Assembly: GCA_965116875.1 (NCBI GenBank)
Contig: OZ220733.1
Span: forward strand, 2,752,001 to 2,816,000
From: Candidatus Latescibacterota bacterium
Lineage (GTDB): Bacteria; Latescibacterota; UBA2968; GCA-2709665
Length of the DNA: 64,000 bases
Reading direction: 5' to 3'
Shown in pieces: positions 47,913-56,803 of the stretch (the stretch's first letter is position 1; the number at the start of each line of letters is the position of its first letter). The position numbers and the translations under genes are program-made. The notes beneath the pieces were generated by a model, which was not told the origin of the DNA, ran no database searches, and saw nothing but the letters and a program-made list of their open reading frames with translations.

Positions 47913-49877
47913 ATGCAACAGACGCAACCGGATTCGATTCCTGAAACGGCGTCAGGCCTGGAACGACGCGGCGTAACCATGCGGGCGGTGGCGATCGGGC
48001 TCGGCGTCGCTCTGTTCATACAGGGCTGGGGCATCTTTTCCAGCCGGGTGATCCGGTCGTCCGGCGTGACGTCCGGATTTCTTTCGCCCGCACTGTTTAT
48101 CGCGATCCTACTCGTCCTGTTCGTCCTGAATCCCTTCCTGAGGCGGGTCGTTCGGTCCGCGGGGCTCAGCCTCGCGGAGATCCTGACGATATTCGCGATG
48201 GGACTGATGGGCGGCGCGCCCATCGCGGCATTGTATGCCTTCATCACCATACCGTACTACCTGGCCACTCCGGAAAACCAGTGGGGCGCGCTTCTTCACC
48301 CGCACCTGCCTTCGTGGGTCGCGCCCCTCGACGTGGACGGCGCCGTTACGCTCCTGTTCAACGGCCTGCCGGGCGGTCAGGGCGCGATTCCATGGGGGGC
48401 GTGGGTCGTGCCCATGTTCTGGTGGGTGCTGCTGTTCTGCGTGCTGGCGTTCGCCGCGGCTTCGCTTTCGGTGATCCTCCGGAAACAATGGGTGGAACAC
48501 GAGCGGTTGAGATACCCGGTGCTGGAGCCGATCGTGGAGATGGCCTCCGGCTCCGATACGGGCGGTCTGTGGCCGAAATTCGCCCGGGGCAAGCTGTTCT
48601 GGTTCGGGGCGGGGTTCGCGTTCGTCTTTATCTTCTGGAATGCGCTGCCCTGGATCTCCCCCGCCTTTCCCGAGATGCCGGTTCGGGGGCGGGTGTACGC
48701 CTTCTTCGGGCGGGATATGCCGCCGATGTTCAGCTATATCGATCCGTTCACGTTCGCGTTTTCCTATTTCGCGAATCTGGACGTTCTGTTCAGCGTGTGG
48801 TTCTTCTTCGCCGTGTTCGTGCTGGAATTCGGGATTTTCAACCGGCTGGGCTACAGTATCGGAGGGCGCGGCGACCGGTACGGTTCCTATGACGCGGCAT
48901 CAAGCTGGCAGGGCCTGGGCGCGTTCTGCGTCTTCGTGCTGTTCGGTCTGTGGATGGCCAGGCGCCACCTGAAAGACGTTGTGATGAAGGCCTGGCGGTC
49001 CGACCACTCCGTGGACGATTCCGGTGAGATGCTGTCGTACCGCACCGCGGTTGTCGGCATTCTGTTGGGCTTCGTGTTCACGGTCGTGTGGCTGAACCGG
49101 GCGGGCATGGACCTGCAGATGGCCATCCCGCTGGTGGCGATGCTGTTTGTTCTCTACATCGGCGTGGCGCGGATTATCGCCGAATCGGGCCTCCTGTACG
49201 TGCAGGGCCCAATGACCGCCCAGAGTTTTTCGGTCTATCTGCTGGGGGCCAAAGCCGTGTCGCCGTCCAGCCTGACCACGCTCCTGTTTTCCTACCCGAT
49301 CCACGCGAATTCGACCTCGCAGATGTCTCACGTGGCCAAGGTGGGCGAACAGGTCCGGGATCGCGGAAGGCGCCTGTTCTGGGCAGTGGGCCTGTCCTTT
49401 CTGGCGACGACAATGGTCGTGATCATCGGGACGCTTTTTCTGGGCTATACCCGCGGCGCCGAGAATTTCGGACACGGCTTCATCTGCGGGGGCGTCCATA
49501 ATTTTCCGGATACCGTGAGCAAGATCAAGGAGCCGTTCGACGTCGACTGGAACCGGATCATGTTCTTTGGTATCGGCGCCGCGGTGATGGTGGTCCTTAC
49601 GTTCCTCCGCTACCGGTTCCCGTGGTGGCCGATCCACCCGGTGGGGTTCGCCATTATGGGTACGGATCTGGTACGGAATTTTGCGCTGACCCTGTTTCTG
49701 GCGTGGTCGTGCAAGACGGTTATCCTGCGGGTTGGCGGGAACTCACTGTTTCGGCAGGCGCAGCCGTTTTTCCTCGGCCTGCTTGTGGGGCACGTCCTTG
49801 GGATAACCGGGGCATTTCTCGTGGACATGTTCATGTTCCCCGGAGCCGGGCACAGCATCCATCCGTGGATCGAATAG
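47913..49877 (+). CDS. DUF6785-like polytopic membrane protein (distantly OPT-like), copy 1
   Basis: Many hydrophobic segments. GVTMRAVAIG, YYLATPENQW, IPWGAWVVP, LRKQWVEHERLRYP, ARIIAESG, RFPWWPIHPVGF, PFFLGLLVG. Confidence 0.75.
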   Translation: MQQTQPDSIPETASGLERRGVTMRAVAIGLGVALFIQGWGIFSSRVIRSSGVTSGFLSPALFIAILLVLFVLNPFLRRVVRSAGLSLAEILTIFAMGLMGGAPIAALYAFITIPYYLATPENQWGALLHPHLPSWVAPLDVDGAVTLLFNGLPGGQGAIPWGAWVVPMFWWVLLFCVLAFAAASLSVILRKQWVEHERLRYPVLEPIVEMASGSDTGGLWPKFARGKLFWFGAGFAFVFIFWNALPWISPAFPEMPVRGRVYAFFGRDMPPMFSYIDPFTFAFSYFANLDVLFSVWFFFAVFVLEFGIFNRLGYSIGGRGDRYGSYDAASSWQGLGAFCVFVLFGLWMARRHLKDVVMKAWRSDHSVDDSGEMLSYRTAVVGILLGFVFTVVWLNRAGMDLQMAIPLVAMLFVLYIGVARIIAESGLLYVQGPMTAQSFSVYLLGAKAVSPSSLTTLLFSYPIHANSTSQMSHVAKVGEQVRDRGRRLFWAVGLSFLATTMVVIIGTLFLGYTRGAENFGHGFICGGVHNFPDTVSKIKEPFDVDWNRIMFFGIGAAVMVVLTFLRYRFPWWPIHPVGFAIMGTDLVRNFALTLFLAWSCKTVILRVGGNSLFRQAQPFFLGLLVGHVLGITGAFLVDMFMFPGAGHSIHPWIE

Positions 49878-50061
49878 ACTGACGTAAGAAGCTGTCTTAA
49901 AATTACCGGTGCGTTCCCGAGCGCGAGCGAAAAAGCGGCGGTCAAGGCGGGAAAAGCCGCCCATATTTGTCTATACGGGTGGATTTGACCAACGCCGACC
50001 GGCGCTTTTGCAGCCGCGCAAAGACCGCTGGGAATTTTAACACAGCTTCTAAGGGTGAACG

Positions 50062-53000
50062 ATGATCAGCGGAATCAAAAGGGTACTGCTTTCTCTGTTG
50101 ACGCTCGGCGTCCTCGCACTCGTGGTGGTGTTCGACCCCGAGGATGTGTCCGACGTGATCAGGGATACGCTCGATATCCGGCAGTCACCGCCGCCCGCAG
50201 AGGTCCGGGGGGACCTGTCGGCCGCGGACCGGGCGGTACGGCGGGTTGTGGATGGAATCTCTGAAGACGACGTCCGCGCCCACGTGGCGGCCCTGACCCG
50301 GATGCCGTCGCGCGTGGTGGGATACGGCGGCGAACGGCAGGCGCGGGCCTACATCAGATCGCAGTTCGAGGCGCTGGGTCTCGAGCCGGTGAGCACGGAG
50401 ACGTTCGATGTGACCGTGCCGGTGGACCGGGGCGGCGTACTGAAGGTGACCGCCACCGGGGAGGAGATTTCCATTTACGGCCTCTGGCCGAACGACGTCC
50501 GGACGCCGACGCTCCCGGCCGGAGGCGTCGAGGGGCACCTGATCTACGGACGGCGCGGGGAGTTTTCGGACTTCAACGGGTCGGTCGTGGACGGAAGCGT
50601 CGTGTTGATGGACTTCGGCTGCGGACAGAACTACCTGAACGCGATGACCCTCGGCGCGAAGGCCATTCTCTTTTTCGACGACGGGAACGTGACCCGAGGT
50701 GAGGCGGAGGACAAGTTTCTGGAGGTGCCCGTGAACGTGCCCCGGTTCTGGGTGAACCGGGAGGATGCGCAACGCCTTCTGAATAAGGTTGAGCGCGGAG
50801 ACGTCAGGGTGCGTCTCACGGCCCGGATGGACTGGCAGACGGTGAAGGCGGCCAATGTCCTCGGATATCTGCCCGGATCGGACGCGCGCATTCCGGGAGG
50901 AACGGGCGCCAGGTGGAAGGACAGGCTGATTGTGGTAAGCGCCTATTACGACGCCATGTCCGTGGTGCCCGCGCTCGCCCCCGGCGCCGAAAGCGCATCG
51001 GGAGCCGCCGCCCTGCTCGAGGTGATCCGTTCGCTGAAGCGACACGGTTCCAGGTACTCCTTCCTCTTTCTGGCGACGTCGGCGCACTTCGAGGGGCTGA
51101 CGGGAATCAACGATTTTCTCTTCAGACATTCCCGCCGAAGCGATTATTTCCGGGACCGGATCCCCGAGGGCGAACGGATCGATTTCAGCCTGTTCATCGG
51201 GCTGGACCTGTCCAGCCGCAGCAGACAGGTGGGCGGATTCGCGATGGGGACCTTCTACAACGCCCGCAAGGGGACGGACGAATACCTGAAAAACCTGCTG
51301 ACGCCCTATTCGCACCGGTTCCGCGAGTACACCGGAGCACTCTTTCCGGATGAAGAGCGCTACGTGGACGTGGTCGCCCCTGCCAAGCGGCCCTGGACGT
51401 CGTATATGCCGGTCCCGCTGGCGCTGGAAAGCGAGGCCGCCGTTTTTGTCGGTCAGGAGGCGATGACGCTCGTGACCCTGTATGACGGTCGCGTCCGCAC
51501 CGACACGCCGCTCGATGTTCCGGAGGCGATGGCCTTTCCCCGGTTGACGGACCAGGTGCGGTCGGTTGCCGCAATGATGATCAGGGCGGGTAACGACCCG
51601 GGCTTCTTCCGCGAGACCCAGCTCCGGCTGATGGACCGCGGGCACCGCCTGTCCGGGCGGATTCTCTGGTTCGACCGGGACGTTGACTTCGCGATTCCCA
51701 GGGTGCCGGTTCCGGGAGCGCTGGTGACGTACAAGCAGCCGGGCCCCGGCAGTCTGGCCGGCGTGCGGACGCTCATGGTCACGCAGACCACCAGAGGCCC
51801 GATTTACGAGGGGCCGGCCTCCGGAGGGGGGTTGTACGGTTCCGGGAAAGCGGTCGCGCAGACCGGCCGGTTTGAATTCGATATCGTGAGAAACCGCTTT
51901 TCAAATCAGATTCTGGCATATGAACTCGACGCTGAGGGACGGATTGTCTCGGCGCCGGATATGGGAATAGACGGCGCCGGGTCGGATGGAAGAAACGGGA
52001 AGTATCCCCTGGTCCAGGGATACGGATGGTGGGACAACGAGATGATGGGCGTGCTGTTCAGGTGCCGGTCGCTGAGCCTGTTCGAGATTGTGGATTCCAG
52101 CTATCTGTCCGTGCTGGACCATATGAAGGTGCTGGGAAGGGACAACAGCGAACCGATAGAATACGGATTCCGGTACGTGGCCAACCAGGGCCGGAAGGAA
52201 GGAAAGGTCACCCAGGCGTCCGTGGCATTCGCTCCACCCGGCGAGCGGATCAAGATCCTGATGAGCAGCGGGCTCTTCGGAATCAAGTACCTGCTCATCA
52301 ACGCGCCGGAAGACCTGTTGAACGATCCCGTGGCTGCGCGACAGGTGAACGCGGAGACGGTGAAACGATCCATGGGAGCCGGGTACGTCCCGGACGGAAA
52401 TGCAATTACCCTGCCTTCATACCGCGCGGCGCGGGATATGTGGATCGTGGATGACGTCCGGATGAAGCAGCTGGCCCGGTACGGCGTCGAGAACCAGAGG
52501 CTTTCAAGGCTTCACGACCGTGCGCGCGCGTCTCTGCTCGAGGCGAACAGTCACCTGGAAAACCGCCGGTACGACCGTTTCATTGCATCGGCCAGGGAGG
52601 GCTGGGGGCTCGAGGCGCGCGGCTACCCCGAGGTGAAAGAGACAGCCAACGACACGGTCCGCGGCGTCATCTTCTATTTCGTCCTGCTGCTGCCGTTCTC
52701 GTTCTTCTGCGAGCGGCTGTTTTTCGGGTTTTCCGACGTCCACCGGCGGATTATCGGATTCGCCGCGATTCTCATTGCCATGTTCCTGGCCTTGCGGTGG
52801 GTACATCCCGCGTTTCAACTGTCCGGTTCTCCGTACATCATCTTTCTCGCCTTTGTCATCCTGTGTCTGGGCGGGGTGGCGATGGTGATCGTCGTGTCCC
52901 GGTTCGCCGATCAGGTCAGGCGCCTGAAGCAGTCCGCAACCGGTGTGTACGAAGAGGACGTGGGACGGATCTCGGCGACCATTGTGGCGTTTACGCTGGG

Positions 53001-54774
53001 GGTTTCGAATCTGCGAAAGCGACCGCTGCGCAGCGGGCTCACGGCGGTGACGCTGACCCTGCTGACCTTCACGGTGCTATCGTTTACGTCGGTTCAGACG
53101 TACTTGCGTTTCTACAAATTGCCGAGAGACAACCGGCCGCCCTACGAGGGAGCGCTGGTGAGAGACCGGAACTGGAGGGGCATGCAGCCCTCCGCGCTGA
53201 CCTATATCCAGAGTCACTTCGGCGGCTTCGCCCGGGTAGCGCCCCGGGCGTTTTACATTTCCGAAAAAAGAGGCGAGCGGGCGTATATCGACTTTGAGGA
53301 ACCCGAAAGCGGCCGGCGGAGTTTCGCGAACGGGCTGCTGGGCGTGACGCCGGTGGAGCCCCACGTGCTGGGGATGGACAGGCTGCTGACGGCCGGCCGC
53401 TGGTTCCGGGAGGGCGAACGGCACGCTGTCATATTACCGGGCGAACTTGCGGAACTCGTGGGGATCACCGGTGCGGACGTCGACGCCGGCCGGGCGAGGG
53501 TGCGAATGTTGGGGGTGGAGTTGGCCGTCGTCGGGATTCTGGACTCCGGGGCCGTGGACAGGCTTGCGGATATGGATGACGAACGCCTGACGCCCATCGA
53601 CACAACGATGGAGACCGCGGGAACGAGCGACTGGCGCAACCTGAGCCAGGACCCGAGGCTGATGGGAGCGGAGCCGATCGAGGCGTTCATTCACCTGGAC
53701 ACGAGCAATACCGCGCTGCTCCCGTACGAATTCGTCATTGAAATCGGGGGCACCCTCAGGTCGATTGCAATCACCGATTTCAAGGACGCCCAGGGCAACC
53801 CCAGCCCCGACGTCCGCGGGCAGATCGAAGACTTCATGTCGCGGGTTGCGCTGACGATGTTCGTTGGGATCGACGACGAGGTGACGGTTTACAGTTCCAT
53901 CGGCACCACCTCGCTTTCCGGCATCGCGAATCTCTTCATCCCTCTGGTGATCGCCTCGCTCATCGTCTTGAATACGATGATGGGCGCCGTGTACGAAAGA
54001 TTCCGTGAAATCGGTGTCTATTCGGCGGTGGGGCTGGCGCCCAGCCACATTTCCGCGCTCTTCCTGGCCGAAGCGGCCGTGTTCGCCACACTCGGAGCGG
54101 CGTTCGGCTACCTGATCGGCCAGGCGGTGGCGATGGTCCTGTACGAGCGGGGGGCGCTGGGCGGGCTTTCGTTGAACTACTCTTCCCTGTCGGCGGTTTC
54201 TTCCACGCTTATGGTCATGCTGGCGGTATTCCTGTCCACCCTCTATCCGGCCAGGAAGGCCGAGCAGATGTCCGTACCGGACGTGACGCGGCGGTGGCAG
54301 TTTCCGGATCCGGAAGGGGACGCCTGGACGTTCGACTTTCCGTTCACCCTGGCGGGATCGGAAGCCCTCGGGATGTACACCTATCTCTTTCGGTGTTTCG
54401 AGTCGTTTGGCGAGGGTTCCCTGGGCCGCTTCGTTTCGCAGGACGTGCGTTTCGGGTCCGATCCGCTTCCGGCCGGAACGGGATACCATATCGCGCTGCG
54501 GATGTGGCTGGCGCCATACGATCTGGGCATCAGCCAGGACGTTCAGATGGTTGCCATTCCCACGGGAGAACACGAAATTTACCGGATAGAGGTCCGTATC
54601 CATCGCCTGAGCGGAGACGTGAACTCGTGGCAGCGCGTGAACAGGGGCTTTCTGAACGACCTCCGCAAGCTCTTCCTGGTATGGAAGACGATGCCTCCGG
54701 AAACGAAGACGGACTATGCGCGGCAGGGCGAGGCGGAACTGGAATCGTCGCCGGTCCGGGAGGTCGCGTCCTGA
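50062..54774 (+). CDS. 1570-aa fusion: PA + degenerate M28 peptidase ectodomain, extra TM bundle, MacB-like periplasmic domain and FtsX-like permease
   Basis: SRVVGYGG, LIYGRRGE, ANVLGYLPG, IVVSAYYDA..PGAESASG. Also SNLRKRPLRSGLTAVTL and LNTMMGAVYERFREIGVYSAVGLAPSHISALFLAEA, LYPARKA. Confidence 0.82.
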   Translation: MISGIKRVLLSLLTLGVLALVVVFDPEDVSDVIRDTLDIRQSPPPAEVRGDLSAADRAVRRVVDGISEDDVRAHVAALTRMPSRVVGYGGERQARAYIRSQFEALGLEPVSTETFDVTVPVDRGGVLKVTATGEEISIYGLWPNDVRTPTLPAGGVEGHLIYGRRGEFSDFNGSVVDGSVVLMDFGCGQNYLNAMTLGAKAILFFDDGNVTRGEAEDKFLEVPVNVPRFWVNREDAQRLLNKVERGDVRVRLTARMDWQTVKAANVLGYLPGSDARIPGGTGARWKDRLIVVSAYYDAMSVVPALAPGAESASGAAALLEVIRSLKRHGSRYSFLFLATSAHFEGLTGINDFLFRHSRRSDYFRDRIPEGERIDFSLFIGLDLSSRSRQVGGFAMGTFYNARKGTDEYLKNLLTPYSHRFREYTGALFPDEERYVDVVAPAKRPWTSYMPVPLALESEAAVFVGQEAMTLVTLYDGRVRTDTPLDVPEAMAFPRLTDQVRSVAAMMIRAGNDPGFFRETQLRLMDRGHRLSGRILWFDRDVDFAIPRVPVPGALVTYKQPGPGSLAGVRTLMVTQTTRGPIYEGPASGGGLYGSGKAVAQTGRFEFDIVRNRFSNQILAYELDAEGRIVSAPDMGIDGAGSDGRNGKYPLVQGYGWWDNEMMGVLFRCRSLSLFEIVDSSYLSVLDHMKVLGRDNSEPIEYGFRYVANQGRKEGKVTQASVAFAPPGERIKILMSSGLFGIKYLLINAPEDLLNDPVAARQVNAETVKRSMGAGYVPDGNAITLPSYRAARDMWIVDDVRMKQLARYGVENQRLSRLHDRARASLLEANSHLENRRYDRFIASAREGWGLEARGYPEVKETANDTVRGVIFYFVLLLPFSFFCERLFFGFSDVHRRIIGFAAILIAMFLALRWVHPAFQLSGSPYIIFLAFVILCLGGVAMVIVVSRFADQVRRLKQSATGVYEEDVGRISATIVAFTLGVSNLRKRPLRSGLTAVTLTLLTFTVLSFTSVQTYLRFYKLPRDNRPPYEGALVRDRNWRGMQPSALTYIQSHFGGFARVAPRAFYISEKRGERAYIDFEEPESGRRSFANGLLGVTPVEPHVLGMDRLLTAGRWFREGERHAVILPGELAELVGITGADVDAGRARVRMLGVELAVVGILDSGAVDRLADMDDERLTPIDTTMETAGTSDWRNLSQDPRLMGAEPIEAFIHLDTSNTALLPYEFVIEIGGTLRSIAITDFKDAQGNPSPDVRGQIEDFMSRVALTMFVGIDDEVTVYSSIGTTSLSGIANLFIPLVIASLIVLNTMMGAVYERFREIGVYSAVGLAPSHISALFLAEAAVFATLGAAFGYLIGQAVAMVLYERGALGGLSLNYSSLSAVSSTLMVMLAVFLSTLYPARKAEQMSVPDVTRRWQFPDPEGDAWTFDFPFTLAGSEALGMYTYLFRCFESFGEGSLGRFVSQDVRFGSDPLPAGTGYHIALRMWLAPYDLGISQDVQMVAIPTGEHEIYRIEVRIHRLSGDVNSWQRVNRGFLNDLRKLFLVWKTMPPETKTDYARQGEAELESSPVREVAS

Positions 54775-54799
54775 ACGGGCAAACTGAGGAATATGCGGT

Positions 54800-56767
54800 A
54801 TGGCGAGTCCCGCCGGGCAACGCGAAGTCGATGCAGCCGGACCGAAGTTGGCGATCACCGGGGTTTCGGCGCGCGCCCTGAGCGTAGGCCTGGGCATTGC
54901 CGCCCTGCACAATTTCTGGAGCCTGCACTCGCTCTATATCATCCGGGGATCATGGCTGAACCGGACTCACTTCCCCATGGGCGTGTTCGTGCCGTTCCTG
55001 ATCCTCGTCCTGGCGACTCCGGTCCTCCGGCGGTTCGTACCCAGATGGGCGATGTCCGGCCCTGAACTCCTGGTGGCGCTGTGTGCGGGCCTGGCGGGGG
55101 GTATGGTGCCAACGTTCGGGCTGTCCACGACCTGGATCGGCATGCTGGCCATCCCGCATTATCTCGCCACGCCGGAGAATCAGTGGGGAGAGTACCTCCT
55201 GCCCCACGTGCCGGGATGGATGGTGCCGTCCAACGCGCAGGGAGCCATGAGATGGCTCTTCGAGGGTCTTCCCCCCGGTGAAGGGATTCCCTGGGGTGAA
55301 TGGGCAGTTCCCCTCTTCTGGTGGACGGCGCTGCTGGGCGGCATGGCGCTGGTTTCGTTCTGTACGGTTGCAGTGCTGCACCGGCAGTGGTCGGGGCACG
55401 AACGGCTGGCCTATCCCATCCCCTCGGTGGCCTCGGACATGGCGGAGGGAGCCGTAGGCAGAGGTGAATGGGCGGGGCTTTTGCGGAACCGGCTGTTCAT
55501 TGCAGGATTGTCGGCCGCGCTGGCGATCAAGGTCTGGAACATGGTGCCGGCCTTCGTGCACGGATTCCCGATGATCCGTCTGTTTCACCAGCAGTTGTGG
55601 GTGTATTTTACGCAGTACTCCATGGTCCACGTGAGCCTGAACTTCTACACGATCGGGTTCGCGTACATGACGGGCCTGGACCTGCTGCTGAGTATCTGGC
55701 TGTTTCATCTATTCTACATTCTGGAGATCGCGGCGTTCGCCAGGGTTGGGCTGGGCGTCGCGGGATTTTCCGGCGGAGACGTGTCATGGCAGGGCGGCGG
55801 AGCGATGATGTGTTACGTGGGGCTGGCGCTCTGGACGGCCCGGGGGCACCTCCGGCGCGTGGTTCGCCGGGCGCTGGGACGAACGGACGGCGCAGAGGAC
55901 GCCGGGGAGATCATGCGGTACCGATGGGCGGTGTGGGGCCTGGTTCTGGGGTTGGCTTTTGTCATCTGCTGGTTGCGGATGGCCGGTATGGGACTGCTTC
56001 TGGCCACGGCGCTGACCCTGCTGTTGTTCATCAGTTACCTGGGTCTCGCGCGGATCGTGGCGCAGACCGGCCTGCTCTACGTCAACCTGCCGCAGAGCGC
56101 CCAGGGGTTCGTTCTGGGCACCGCGGGCGCGGCGTCCATTCCGGGATCGGGACTCACGGCCATGGCGTTTACCAATGTCTTCGCCAACGACCACATGGGC
56201 CTGTTCATGCCGGCCTTCGTGCAGATTGCAAAGCTGGCGGAACGGGTGGAGCGTCACCGCAAGCGGCTGGGTTGGGTTGTGGGGCTGGGCCTGTTGACGA
56301 GCATCGCGACGTCCGTGGCCCTCACCCTTTACTGGGGGTATTCCGGCGGGGCGTACAATTTCGGCAGTATCGCGCTGTTCCGGAGAACGGTGCCGAGCGT
56401 GAACGGATACGTGAGCCACATGCGCAGCCCGGACCCCGTTCAGGCGGCGCCGTTCATTCTCTTTGCGGCCGGCGCCGCGGGGATGGCCCTGCTGGCGTTC
56501 CTGCGATACCGGTTCAACTGGTGGCCGGTGCACCCGGCCGGGCTGGCGGTGGGCTACACCGGCATGACGAGGCACGCGGCCTTCAGCATCTTTGCCGCAT
56601 GGGTCTGCAAGTTTATCGTGATTAAAACAGGCGGCATGCTGCTCTACCGGCGGACCGTGCCGTTCTTTATCGGGACCATTGTCGGATACGCTTTGGCCGT
56701 TCCCCTGGGTTACGTGCTGGACGTAATCTTTTTCGAGGGTCAGGGGCATGCCGTACACGCATACTGA
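54800..56767 (+). CDS. DUF6785-like polytopic membrane protein, copy 2
   Basis: GVSARALSVG, HYLATPENQW, IPWGEWAVP, LHRQWSGHERLAYP, ARIVAQTG, RFNWWPVHPAG, PFFIGTIVG. Collinear with copy 1 (655 vs 654 aa). Confidence 0.75.
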   Translation: MASPAGQREVDAAGPKLAITGVSARALSVGLGIAALHNFWSLHSLYIIRGSWLNRTHFPMGVFVPFLILVLATPVLRRFVPRWAMSGPELLVALCAGLAGGMVPTFGLSTTWIGMLAIPHYLATPENQWGEYLLPHVPGWMVPSNAQGAMRWLFEGLPPGEGIPWGEWAVPLFWWTALLGGMALVSFCTVAVLHRQWSGHERLAYPIPSVASDMAEGAVGRGEWAGLLRNRLFIAGLSAALAIKVWNMVPAFVHGFPMIRLFHQQLWVYFTQYSMVHVSLNFYTIGFAYMTGLDLLLSIWLFHLFYILEIAAFARVGLGVAGFSGGDVSWQGGGAMMCYVGLALWTARGHLRRVVRRALGRTDGAEDAGEIMRYRWAVWGLVLGLAFVICWLRMAGMGLLLATALTLLLFISYLGLARIVAQTGLLYVNLPQSAQGFVLGTAGAASIPGSGLTAMAFTNVFANDHMGLFMPAFVQIAKLAERVERHRKRLGWVVGLGLLTSIATSVALTLYWGYSGGAYNFGSIALFRRTVPSVNGYVSHMRSPDPVQAAPFILFAAGAAGMALLAFLRYRFNWWPVHPAGLAVGYTGMTRHAAFSIFAAWVCKFIVIKTGGMLLYRRTVPFFIGTIVGYALAVPLGYVLDVIFFEGQGHAVHAY

Positions 56768-56803
56768 TTCAGAAGCCCCGTATGTCACGGAGGGAATGAT
56801 GCG

